Assembly: GCA_946617165.1 (NCBI GenBank)
Contig: CAMOJP010000001.1
Span: forward strand, 2,004 to 66,003
Source: an uncultured Bacteroidales bacterium
GTDB taxonomy: Bacteria; Bacteroidota; Bacteroidia; Bacteroidales; Paludibacteraceae
Reading direction: 5' to 3'
Length of the DNA stretch: 64,000 nt
The notes under the pieces are model-generated. The model saw only the letters and a program-made list of their open reading frames with translations, was not told the origin of the DNA and did not search any database. Both the position numbers and the translations under genes were made by a program. Shown piece by piece: positions 1 through 8,077 of the stretch (position 1 is its first letter; the number at the start of each line of letters is the position of its first letter).

Positions 1-1
1 T

Positions 2-808
2 GCTATCTTATTACTTACTTTTTGTTCGGTCAAACTAACCGCCCTCCGTGCGTCCAAGTTGGAGTTTTGTATAGCAGCTTTACAGATAATACTCAGCTTG
101 TCCGGCTACGGTATTACGTTATGGATATGCGGGAATCCTATCTTAGCCGAAGGCGTGCTGATTGGTATTTTATGCCCGGTAGCCGCAAGCGTGAGTGTAG
201 TGAGTTGTGAATTGGGTGCCAACCGTCAAACAGTGGTTTCCTATACCGTATTGGGCAATCTGTTAGTGGTCGTAGCCGCGCCGATTATATTTTCCTTTAT
301 CGGCGTACAGCAGTCAATGCCTTTCGCCGAGTCTTTCTGGAAGATATTCAAGCATATCTCTGCCGTTTTAGCCCTGCCTTATCTCATTGCGCTCTGCTTG
401 CAGTGGCTGGCCCCCAAAGTGAATAATGTCCTTGCTCAATGGAAAGGTTACGCACTGCCCTTGTGGGCATTAGCTCTAACTTTGACCATCGGACGCACCA
501 TGGATTATATTCTGATCCACTATGCCGGCAACGAGCGTAATATTTTATTTTTGGCGTTGATATCGATTGTGCTGTGTATTATTCAGTTTACAATAGGAAA
601 GCTCTTAGGTCGTCACTACGGCGATACGATTGCAGGAGGTCAGTTGATGGCGCAAAAGAATTCCGCAATGGGTATATGGATGGCGTGTTTATATCTCCAT
701 CCGTTGTGTTCGGTTGTCCTTGCTTTCTATTCGATTTGGACAAATCTGTTTAACTCATGGCAATTGTGGTATTATCCGCGTCACAGGATACATTCCGAGA
801 CTGATTAG
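2..808 (+). CDS. Multi-pass membrane transporter, bile acid:sodium symporter (SBF-like) family; 5' end outside the window
   Basis: The frame of ORF 59..808 stays open back to base 2, so the gene is cut by the window edge. The product is almost entirely hydrophobic helices. The family call rests only on remembered resemblance. Confidence 0.45.
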   Translation, partial: AILLLTFCSVKLTALRASKLEFCIAALQIILSLSGYGITLWICGNPILAEGVLIGILCPVAASVSVVSCELGANRQTVVSYTVLGNLLVVVAAPIIFSFIGVQQSMPFAESFWKIFKHISAVLALPYLIALCLQWLAPKVNNVLAQWKGYALPLWALALTLTIGRTMDYILIHYAGNERNILFLALISIVLCIIQFTIGKLLGRHYGDTIAGGQLMAQKNSAMGIWMACLYLHPLCSVVLAFYSIWTNLFNSWQLWYYPRHRIHSETD

Positions 809-3084
809 AAGGGGTAACCAATAGCGAAGTGGAAGGTCATATCGTCATGCCACGACAGGCCGTTTCGGGCAGTACGCCACACTTTAGCTCCATTATCTTC
901 GTATAGACGCGTCGGGTCATAGAGTTTCACACCGAAGTCTATACGGAAGAGTAATATACTGAAGTCCAAGCGCAGACCTACGCCATAGCTCCAAGCGATC
1001 TGTTTATAGAACTCGCTGAACTCAAATGTTCCGTGTTCCTGTCCTGCATAGTCTCGTATGGTCCATATATTTCCCGCATCGGTAAAGGCAGCCAGTTCGA
1101 TGAAGTTCCACACTTTCCAACGATACTCCAAGTTCAGGTCCAGCCGTATATCACCGGCTTGCATATCATAGACCAATCCGCCTCCGGCTCCTTTAAATCC
1201 TCCGGGTCCGAGTGTCCGAGCCTGCCATCCGCGCACGCTGTTCGAGCCTCCTGCGAAGTAACGTTTTTCAAATGGGACAGCCGTGGCATTAAGATACGGG
1301 ACGACCGCCCCTATACCGATGTGATATACCAAGCGGTGATTAGGCACCAAGACTTGGTGGAAGGTGAAGTTCACATCTGCTTTGGCATATTGGGCAAACG
1401 GTATCTTCCACAGCACGTAAGCATTCGCCTCGTTCTTCTCCAACCGGGCTAAAGAGCTTATTCCATAAAGGAAGTTACCCGCCGTTTCGAGTAAGTATTG
1501 GAACCGGATATAGTTATGGTTCGGTTTTTGTTGGAGACGGGAAGTATATATACCGGTATAACTCCAGTCCAAGATGAAGTGGTCCGTATAACTATACTTG
1601 AGCAGACTGGAGCGGTTGATAATCTTGGTTTGAAACTCATCTGACTTCCAGGGCAGATAGACATAGCTCACGTCCACGATGTTAAATACATGGCGCCAGT
1701 GCGAATTAGGATTACGGCGCACGGTGTAATACAGTCCCGCTGAAGCTATATCGCGTATGAACTCATCCGGTCTGTTTTGGTACTGGAAGGCGAGTTTCAG
1801 ATTCAGGCTGTTGGGGAAGAGCAATCCTGCCTCACCTTTGGCTTCAATTGCCCGTCCTCCGTTCTGCCGCCACTCATAACTAAACCGTCCGTTCAGGGAG
1901 AGTTGTTCTGCACCTCTGAAGATATTACGGTTCACGTACCCTACTCCGACGGCGATTCCCCAGTCTCCGGCACTGTAAGTACCTTCCACTTCGGCAGATA
2001 CGCTGTTGAGTTTTGTTCGTGCCAATGTGACATGGCACTCCAAGAGGTCTTCTCCAGCCGGTTCGAATCGTATCTCTACATACTTGACAGGCGGCAGCGA
2101 ATTGAGCAAGGCATAGGAACGTTCTACCACTGATTCGTCGTAATAGTCCCCCGGTTTTATCTTGCAATTACGGCGCAAGACGCTATTTCGCAACAAGGGT
2201 TTGTTGATATAGGAATACTCATAATGCTTCTCATTGCGGACAACGAGCGTTGTATTGACCGGCATATGTTGCGGGTCGTAATCCTGGTGGAAGCAAACGC
2301 GGCTTATCTTATAGCGCGTATATACTTTTTTGCGTACGGAATCGGACCACGCCTCCGTTTGTTTATTCATCTTCAGTTCAACAGCCACTTCGTGCGCATT
2401 ATAGCTACTATCCGCCAAGTAGTCAATCATTGACTTGTCAAAATAGAAATAGCCGTCGCGGCGCATTGCCGTACTGATACGTTGCCGTTCTTGGTCCAAT
2501 GTCTCTGTATTGAAGATGTCACCCTCTTTGACCAGACAGTTCTTATCGGTAGCGATATTGAGCAGGTCGTCCTGAGTCAGGCTGACTTTATAGTCACGCA
2601 ACCGGTATGGCCGGTTGGCTGTTACGTAGTAGGTTATATTCAGCCTTTTGTTTTTCTTGAGGACGATTTGTGTATCCACTTGCGCGTTAAAATAACCGCG
2701 GTTGAGCATGGCTTTATTGAGTTGCTGTATAGAAGCCCGTGTAAGCATCGGGTTATAAACCACAGGTGCTTCTCCCATCTTATGGGCATTTTCCGCCAAT
2801 CGTTTTCTGGACTTTGTGGTTGTATCCGCCGGTGCTGTGTTATAGATGTGCAGCTGCAGTTTCCAGAAGCCGAGTATCTCCGAGTTCTGCTTCTGCTGTA
2901 AGTATTTAGCGAGGTCTGTTGTTGACTCTTCGTGGGTATCAGTCACAACCACTTTGGCTTTATTGAGCAGGTACTCGTTTTCAGGCACATATTTAGCAGC
3001 ACGGCAACCGCTGAGCACGACAATGGAAACCGCCAGCAGCAGTTTCCAACTTGATTTCCATATGTTACGTGCACAATACCGCAT
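805..3084 (-). CDS. tamL: Omp85-family translocation/assembly lipoprotein (TamL/BamA-like)
   Basis: Signal peptide with lipobox LSGC, a POTRA-like N-terminal half, and a C-terminal D15/surface-antigen barrel ending FHFAIGYPF. Start trimmed to ATG 3084 because a TAtcTTTG -7 box (3099-3106), with TTTG 20 nt upstream, lies inside the longer ORF. Confidence 0.75.
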   Translation of the reverse strand: MRYCARNIWKSSWKLLLAVSIVVLSGCRAAKYVPENEYLLNKAKVVVTDTHEESTTDLAKYLQQKQNSEILGFWKLQLHIYNTAPADTTTKSRKRLAENAHKMGEAPVVYNPMLTRASIQQLNKAMLNRGYFNAQVDTQIVLKKNKRLNITYYVTANRPYRLRDYKVSLTQDDLLNIATDKNCLVKEGDIFNTETLDQERQRISTAMRRDGYFYFDKSMIDYLADSSYNAHEVAVELKMNKQTEAWSDSVRKKVYTRYKISRVCFHQDYDPQHMPVNTTLVVRNEKHYEYSYINKPLLRNSVLRRNCKIKPGDYYDESVVERSYALLNSLPPVKYVEIRFEPAGEDLLECHVTLARTKLNSVSAEVEGTYSAGDWGIAVGVGYVNRNIFRGAEQLSLNGRFSYEWRQNGGRAIEAKGEAGLLFPNSLNLKLAFQYQNRPDEFIRDIASAGLYYTVRRNPNSHWRHVFNIVDVSYVYLPWKSDEFQTKIINRSSLLKYSYTDHFILDWSYTGIYTSRLQQKPNHNYIRFQYLLETAGNFLYGISSLARLEKNEANAYVLWKIPFAQYAKADVNFTFHQVLVPNHRLVYHIGIGAVVPYLNATAVPFEKRYFAGGSNSVRGWQARTLGPGGFKGAGGGLVYDMQAGDIRLDLNLEYRWKVWNFIELAAFTDAGNIWTIRDYAGQEHGTFEFSEFYKQIAWSYGVGLRLDFSILLFRIDFGVKLYDPTRLYEDNGAKVWRTARNGLSWHDDMTFHFAIGYPF

Positions 3085-3098
3085 ATTAATAACCGCCG

Positions 3099-3130
3099 CA
3101 AAGATACATAAAAGTTTGCACATGTGCAAA
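3099..3130 (-). promoter_or_regulatory. Promoter of tamL-like gene (-33 TTTG / -7 TATCTTTG, 20-nt spacer)
   Basis: Minus-strand reading is TTTGCACATGTGCAAACTTTTATGTATCTTTG. It shares the 16-bp palindrome TTTGCACATGTGCAAA with the divergent promoter. Confidence 0.6.
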
Positions 3131-3146
3131 AAAAGTTGTACTTTTG
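3115..3146 (+). promoter_or_regulatory. Promoter of TrmH-family methyltransferase gene (-33 TTTG / -7 TACTTTTG, 20-nt spacer)
   Basis: TTTGCACATGTGCAAAAAAAGTTGTACTTTTG, 19 nt upstream of ATG 3165. Confidence 0.6.
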
Positions 3147-3164
3147 CAACAAATTTTGTTAGTT

Positions 3165-3869
3165 ATGCATATCAGCAAGGCACAAATCAAGTTTATCCGT
3201 TCCCTTCAGCACAAAAAATTCCGCGACGAGTCAGGTTTTTTTGTAGCGGAAGGCCGTAAGTCCATAGAGGAGCTCAAGAAAGGTTTTGAGTTGGTATTAG
3301 AGGTCAATTCCTCCAATGCCACAGAGGAAGAGATTAGCAGGATGTCCGGTCTCAAGACCCCGCAAGGCGAGATAGCGGTTTTCAAGAAAGCGGCATCGGG
3401 AGAGCCAGTAGCGGGAGGAGATTTGACGGTGGTGTTAGACGGCATTCAGGACCCGGGGAATTTAGGTACTATTATCCGCACGTGCGATTGGTTTGGTGTC
3501 AAGCAGATTGTCTGTTCCCCTGATACGGCGGATTGTTACAACCCCAAAGTGGTGCAGGCTACGATGGGAGCCCTAACCCGTGTGCGCGTTGTCTATACAG
3601 ACCTTCCGGTATGGCTTGGTCAGCAAGACGTACCTGTCTATGGCACGCTGTTAGACGGTAAGAACATGTACGAGACGGTGAAAGGTAGCAGCGTGAAAGG
3701 AATTATTGTTATGGGTAATGAGGGTAACGGTATATCGCAGGCTGTCAGGCCGTATATTACCCATCCGCTGTATATTCCCTCCTATCCTGCGGGAGCAGAG
3801 ACGTCGGAGAGTCTGAATGTAGCTATTGCGACGGCTGTCGTTCTGGCGGAGTTCAGGCGTCCGGGTTAA
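3165..3869 (+). CDS. TrmH/SpoU-family RNA 2'-O-methyltransferase
   Basis: SpoU-type motifs (LDGIQDPGNLGTIIRTCDWFG, IIVMGNEGNGIS, SLNVAIATAVVL). Start moved to ATG 3165, downstream of the -7 box. Confidence 0.8.
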   Translation: MHISKAQIKFIRSLQHKKFRDESGFFVAEGRKSIEELKKGFELVLEVNSSNATEEEISRMSGLKTPQGEIAVFKKAASGEPVAGGDLTVVLDGIQDPGNLGTIIRTCDWFGVKQIVCSPDTADCYNPKVVQATMGALTRVRVVYTDLPVWLGQQDVPVYGTLLDGKNMYETVKGSSVKGIIVMGNEGNGISQAVRPYITHPLYIPSYPAGAETSESLNVAIATAVVLAEFRRPG

Positions 3870-4503
3870 CGTCTATATTGATACCCAAGTTGAATGTTTT
3901 TCTATGATATGGGCTGATGCCGTGTTCTTTAATAGCGGCATAGTGTGCTTTCGTCGGATAGCCTTTATTTTCCGCCCAGCCATAAACGGGATATTGTTGG
4001 TGCAACTGCACCATATAGTCATCCCGATAGGTTTTCGCCAGTACGGAAGCGGCGGCGATTGCCATATATTTGGCGTCTCCTTTTACGACCGTTTGCGCAG
4101 GCGTCTCGAGCAACCGGTCCGGTGCAACGTAAGGTTTCCATTTATTTCCGTCCACGATGATATGTTCCGGTTGCGGTGTGAGTTGGGAAAGTGCCCGCTG
4201 CATACCTAATATACTGGCGTTGAGGATATTGATACGGTCTATTTCCTCAGCAGTTACTTCCGCCACAGCCCACGCGAGTGCGTATTGTTCGATGAGTGGT
4301 CTGAGTGTATAGCGTGCTTTCTCCGTCAGCTGTTTAGAGTCGTTAAGCAGGTCGAGCCCGACGCTTGCTATCCATTGCGGGTCATCGGCTTGTGGCGGCA
4401 GTATGACAGCAGCCGCGAACACACTGCCTGCCAGTGGTCCGCGGCCTGCTTCATCACATCCTGCTTCCAGGACTCCTTTTATATAATAAGGAAGAAGAGA
4501 CAA
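3853..4503 (-). CDS. rnhB: Ribonuclease HII
   Basis: N-terminal LEAGCDEAGRGPLAGSVFAAAVIL and DSKQLT motifs are typical of RNase HII. The listed start is TTG, with no nearby ATG. Confidence 0.88.
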   Translation of the reverse strand: MSLLPYYIKGVLEAGCDEAGRGPLAGSVFAAAVILPPQADDPQWIASVGLDLLNDSKQLTEKARYTLRPLIEQYALAWAVAEVTAEEIDRINILNASILGMQRALSQLTPQPEHIIVDGNKWKPYVAPDRLLETPAQTVVKGDAKYMAIAAASVLAKTYRDDYMVQLHQQYPVYGWAENKGYPTKAHYAAIKEHGISPYHRKTFNLGINIDVNPDA

Positions 4504-4511
4504 GGGAATAC

Positions 4512-6470
4512 TTATTTTCCGTATTGGGCACTACTCATTTGCTCTTTGACGGTGTTGTTAATAAAGTCGGCGAACTCCTGAATAGTCATTTGTCCTTTTT
4601 CCTCAGCGCCTTGTTGTCTAACGCTTACCAGACCTTGTTCCGCTTCTTTCTCACCGACGATGAGCATAAACGGAATACGTTTGAGTTCGTTATCGCGGAT
4701 TTTCCGTCCCAGTTTCTCGTTACGGTCGTCCACTACTACGCGCACGTCTTGTTGTTCAAGCAGTTCTTTGACTTTCCACGCGTAGTCATTAGATTTCTCG
4801 GAGATAGGCAATACGACAGCTTGGTCGGGTGTGAGCCAAAGCGGGAACTTTCCTGCCGTGTGCTCGATGAGCACAGCAACGAATCGTTCCATAGACCCGA
4901 ACGGAGCGCGGTGGATCATTACAGGACGATGTTTCTGGTTGTCTTCTCCGACGTATTCGAGTTCAAAGCGTTCCGGCAGGTTATAATCGACTTGGATTGT
5001 TCCGAGTTGCCATCTGCGTCCGAGTGCGTCCTTGACCATGAAGTCGAGTTTCGGTCCGTAGAAAGCGGCTTCTCCAGTTTCCTCACGAGCCGGCAGGTTC
5101 ATTTCCCGGCACGCTTCACGGATAGCATTTTCAGCCATCTCCCATACTTCGTCCGACCCCACATATTTCTCGTGGTTATTCGGGTCACGCAGGGATATTT
5201 GTGCCTCGTAGTTCTCGAAGTTGAGGGCTTTGAAGATTATATTGATAATCTCCATAACGCGTATGAACTCTTGTTTTACTTGGTCCGGGCGGCAGAATAT
5301 ATGTGCATCGTCTTGTGTGAACGAGCGCACGCGTGTGAGTCCGTGGAGTTCCCCGCTCTGCTCATATCGATAGACAGTACCGAATTCAGCGCATCGGAAC
5401 GGCAGTTCCTTATAGCTGCGGGGTCTGTCTTTGAATATCATACAGTGGTGCGGGCAGTTCATGGGTTTGAGCATATAGACTTCGCCCTCCTCCGGTGTAG
5501 TGATAGGTTGGAAGGAGTCCTTTCCATAGTGGTCCCAGTGACCGGATGTTACATAGAGTTGTTTAGCGCCTATATGGGGAGTGATGACCTGTTGGTAGCC
5601 GTATCGCTTTTGTATTTTTTTGAGGAAGTCCTCGAGTCTCAGTCTGAGGGCAGTTCCTTTTGGCAACCAGATAGGCAGCCCTTTCCCCACCATATCGGAG
5701 AAGGTGAACAGTTCGAGTTCCTTGCCTATTTTGCGGTGGTCACGTTTTTTTGCTTCCTCGAGCAGTGCGAGATATTCGTCGAGCATTGCTTTTTTGGGGA
5801 AGGAGATTGCGTATATACGCGTCATCATCGGTCTTTTCTCGTCCCCTCTCCAGTAAGCGGCAGCGCAGCTGAGCACTTTAACGGCCTTAATAGGTTCGGT
5901 AGAGAGGAGGTGTGGTCCTTTACAGAGGTCAGTGAAGTTGCCTTGTGTATAGGTGGTGATATGTCCGTCTTCCAGTTCGGATATCAGTTCGCATTTATAT
6001 GTCTGCCCTTTGTCTCCAAATGCTTTGAGTGCGTCGGCTTTAGAGATAGAGTTTTTTACGACAGCCTCTTTTTTAGCGCGCAACTCCATCATTTTATTCT
6101 CGATGGCAGCGAAGTCGCTATCCTTAATGACCTGTCCTTCGGCGGGCATAACGTCGTAGTAGAATCCATTTTCGATTGCGGGACCGATACCGAACTGAAT
6201 ACCGGGATACAGTTCCTGCAAGGCTTCCGCCATAAGGTGGGAAGAAGTATGCCAGAAAGCATGCTTTGCTTCGGGCTCATCCCATTTATGCAACTTAATA
6301 GCTGCATCTGTAGTGATCGGGTAATTCAACTCAACGATTTGGTCATTTACACTGGCGCACAAAATATCTTGCGCGAGTCTGGAGCTGATAGACTCAGCTA
6401 CTTGAAGCGGAGTAATGCCGCTTTCATAGTCACGGACGGAGCCGTCCGGAAAGGTAATTTTAATCATCAT
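4512..6470 (-). CDS. thrS: Threonine--tRNA ligase
   Basis: TGS domain start [11 protein letters not shown], editing-domain HTSSH, class II motifs and an anticodon-binding C-terminus. Start set to ATG 6470 because the -7 box at 6530-6537 lies inside the longer ORF. Confidence 0.95.
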   Translation of the reverse strand: MMIKITFPDGSVRDYESGITPLQVAESISSRLAQDILCASVNDQIVELNYPITTDAAIKLHKWDEPEAKHAFWHTSSHLMAEALQELYPGIQFGIGPAIENGFYYDVMPAEGQVIKDSDFAAIENKMMELRAKKEAVVKNSISKADALKAFGDKGQTYKCELISELEDGHITTYTQGNFTDLCKGPHLLSTEPIKAVKVLSCAAAYWRGDEKRPMMTRIYAISFPKKAMLDEYLALLEEAKKRDHRKIGKELELFTFSDMVGKGLPIWLPKGTALRLRLEDFLKKIQKRYGYQQVITPHIGAKQLYVTSGHWDHYGKDSFQPITTPEEGEVYMLKPMNCPHHCMIFKDRPRSYKELPFRCAEFGTVYRYEQSGELHGLTRVRSFTQDDAHIFCRPDQVKQEFIRVMEIINIIFKALNFENYEAQISLRDPNNHEKYVGSDEVWEMAENAIREACREMNLPAREETGEAAFYGPKLDFMVKDALGRRWQLGTIQVDYNLPERFELEYVGEDNQKHRPVMIHRAPFGSMERFVAVLIEHTAGKFPLWLTPDQAVVLPISEKSNDYAWKVKELLEQQDVRVVVDDRNEKLGRKIRDNELKRIPFMLIVGEKEAEQGLVSVRQQGAEEKGQMTIQEFADFINNTVKEQMSSAQYGK

Positions 6471-6529
6471 ATAAACGTACAAATGTTTACGGTTCGGAGC
6501 TAACGACTGCTCTTTCACCAATTGGGGTG

Positions 6530-6561
6530 CAAAGGTAGTGTTTTTTTTGCATATACGCAAA
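6530..6561 (-). promoter_or_regulatory. thrS promoter (-33 TTTG / -7 TACCTTTG, 20-nt spacer)
   Basis: Minus-strand reading is TTTGCGTATATGCAAAAAAAACACTACCTTTG. Confidence 0.6.
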
Positions 6562-6562
6562 T

Positions 6563-6598
6563 AAAAAGTGCAGCAATGTGAATTTTCTGCACTTTTTT
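6563..6598 (-). terminator. Hairpin terminator after the BspA-like gene (GTGCAG-N13-CTGCAC flanked by A and T runs)
   Basis: Minus strand reads AAAAAAGTGCAGAAAATTCACATTGCTGCACTTTTT, immediately followed by the thrS promoter. Confidence 0.6.
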
Positions 6599-6634
6599 GG
6601 TAGTATCACCTACGTGACAATCAGCCGATTATAC

Positions 6635-7861
6635 TCAACGAATTTCCGCGCCTCGTACATCGTACATCCGTCCATCGTACATCAGATAAAGTACGCCGTC
6701 TTTGACTATTTTCTTGGTAGCTGGAGCTTGTACGGCAGCAACATTGTCAATGGCTGTACCGGCCGTGGTGAAGTAGCCGGGAGCTTCTGTACCGCCGTCA
6801 GGACGTGCGTAGGCAATATCCGTGTGCGTCTCATCGAATTCCGTACCTTTTTCACCGGTAAGAGCCACGCATCCTTTGAACATATCCTCGCTCTCCACTT
6901 CGGTGTAAGTACTCCAATTGTTCTTACACATGATTGTTTTCAGAGCAGCGCAGCCCTCGAACATGCTTCCTGCTTGTGTGGCGTTAGGCATATCGAAATT
7001 AGCGATATTAAGTGTTTCCAAAGCTGTGCAATTAGCGAACATGAGATAAAAACTTTCCACCTTTCCGGTATTGAACTTACGCAGGTCTAACGCCTTAAGT
7101 GCTTTGCATCCTTCAAACATTCCCGGCATGCTGGTAACATTGTTGGTCGCGAATTTGCTTACATTCAACTCAGCAAGCTTTTCGCAATTTAAGAACATCA
7201 TCGCCATGTTCGTCACTTTAAGGGTGCTAAAACTACTCAAGTCGATAGAAGTGAGAGCCTTGCAGTTCGAGAACATTGCAGTCATATCTGTAACATTGAC
7301 GGTATTGAAGCCACTGAGGTCAAGGTTTTTTAGTGCTCCACAGTAACTGAACATATAGCTCATATTCGTTACGTTTTGTGTATTGAACGATGAGAGGTCG
7401 AGTTCGGTCAATGCTGTACACCAAGAGAACATGTTAAACATATTTGTCACCTTATCGGTATTGAAGGTGCTGAGGTCAATTGCTTTGAGTTCTCTGCAGG
7501 AGGCAAACAATTCTTGCATATTCGTAACCTCAGATGTGTTGAGGTTCTCAAGTCCTTTGATAGATGTAATAGTTCTGAATTTGGAGAACCAACGTTGGAT
7601 AACAGTAGGACGTGCCGCAGCCATAGAAGCATCTACTTCCACCGCAGTTATAGCCTCGCAGGCTGAATTTTTCATGTTCAACGTGCCGGCAGTCGGCGTC
7701 CAATCATCAGTTACTCCTTCACGGGTAGATTTTTGGTCATCATAATAGATGGTGAACTTGTTGTCAACTACAGTTGCATAGATTTCAGCAGCTGCCTGAA
7801 CGGTTTGAGCGCCGGTAAGAGCTAAAAAGCAAACAAGCGCAAAGAGGAAATTTCTTTTCAT
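6635..7861 (-). CDS. BspA-type leucine-rich-repeat surface protein (DUF285-like repeats) with short C-terminal tag
   Basis: SPI signal peptide (..TGAQTVQA). About 9 repeats of roughly 25 aa with pattern L..LDLS.FNT..VTNM..MF..C. C-terminus is KKIVKDGVLYLMYDGRMYDVRGAEIR. Confidence 0.8.
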   Translation of the reverse strand: MKRNFLFALVCFLALTGAQTVQAAAEIYATVVDNKFTIYYDDQKSTREGVTDDWTPTAGTLNMKNSACEAITAVEVDASMAAARPTVIQRWFSKFRTITSIKGLENLNTSEVTNMQELFASCRELKAIDLSTFNTDKVTNMFNMFSWCTALTELDLSSFNTQNVTNMSYMFSYCGALKNLDLSGFNTVNVTDMTAMFSNCKALTSIDLSSFSTLKVTNMAMMFLNCEKLAELNVSKFATNNVTSMPGMFEGCKALKALDLRKFNTGKVESFYLMFANCTALETLNIANFDMPNATQAGSMFEGCAALKTIMCKNNWSTYTEVESEDMFKGCVALTGEKGTEFDETHTDIAYARPDGGTEAPGYFTTAGTAIDNVAAVQAPATKKIVKDGVLYLMYDGRMYDVRGAEIR

Positions 7862-7932
7862 TTCTTTTTACTTTTTGTGGTTGATAATGATATAGTTATC
7901 AGATAGTTGGAACTATCATTCAAATTCGGGTG

Positions 7933-7940
7933 CAAAGGTA
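7933..7940 (-). promoter_or_regulatory. Candidate -7 box (TACCTTTG) for the BspA-like gene
   Basis: A TACCTTTG match on the minus strand 72 nt upstream of ATG 7861. There is no good TTTG at -33. Confidence 0.4.
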
Positions 7941-8025
7941 CAGCTTTTTTCTGATACTATTGTAATCATTTTCCGGAAAAAATTAATCATTTTGTTACAA
8001 AATGCACTTTATAGCCTTGTGCCGC

Positions 8026-8069
8026 TCATCTCTCGGTCATCTCTCGGTCATCGGTCGGTCATCTCTCGG
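8026..8069. repeat. Tandem repeat, 4 x 11 bp (TCATCTCTCGG)
   Basis: Units at 8026, 8037, 8048 (variant TCATCGGTCGG) and 8059. The array ends 8 nt from the tamB stop codon. Confidence 0.9.
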
Positions 8070-8077
8070 TGGTGTTT

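Noticed and set aside
4434-6503. A 689-aa ORF on the plus strand running antisense across the whole of thrS.
   Set aside because: The product is low-complexity and rich in L, F, S and V, with no recognisable motif, promoter or start context. It fits a shadow ORF that arises because a highly expressed gene avoids the codons TTA, CTA and TCA, whose complements are stop codons. The same applies to the antisense ORFs inside tamB (8562-12460), SusC (36406-37047, 39046-39429) and the other large genes.
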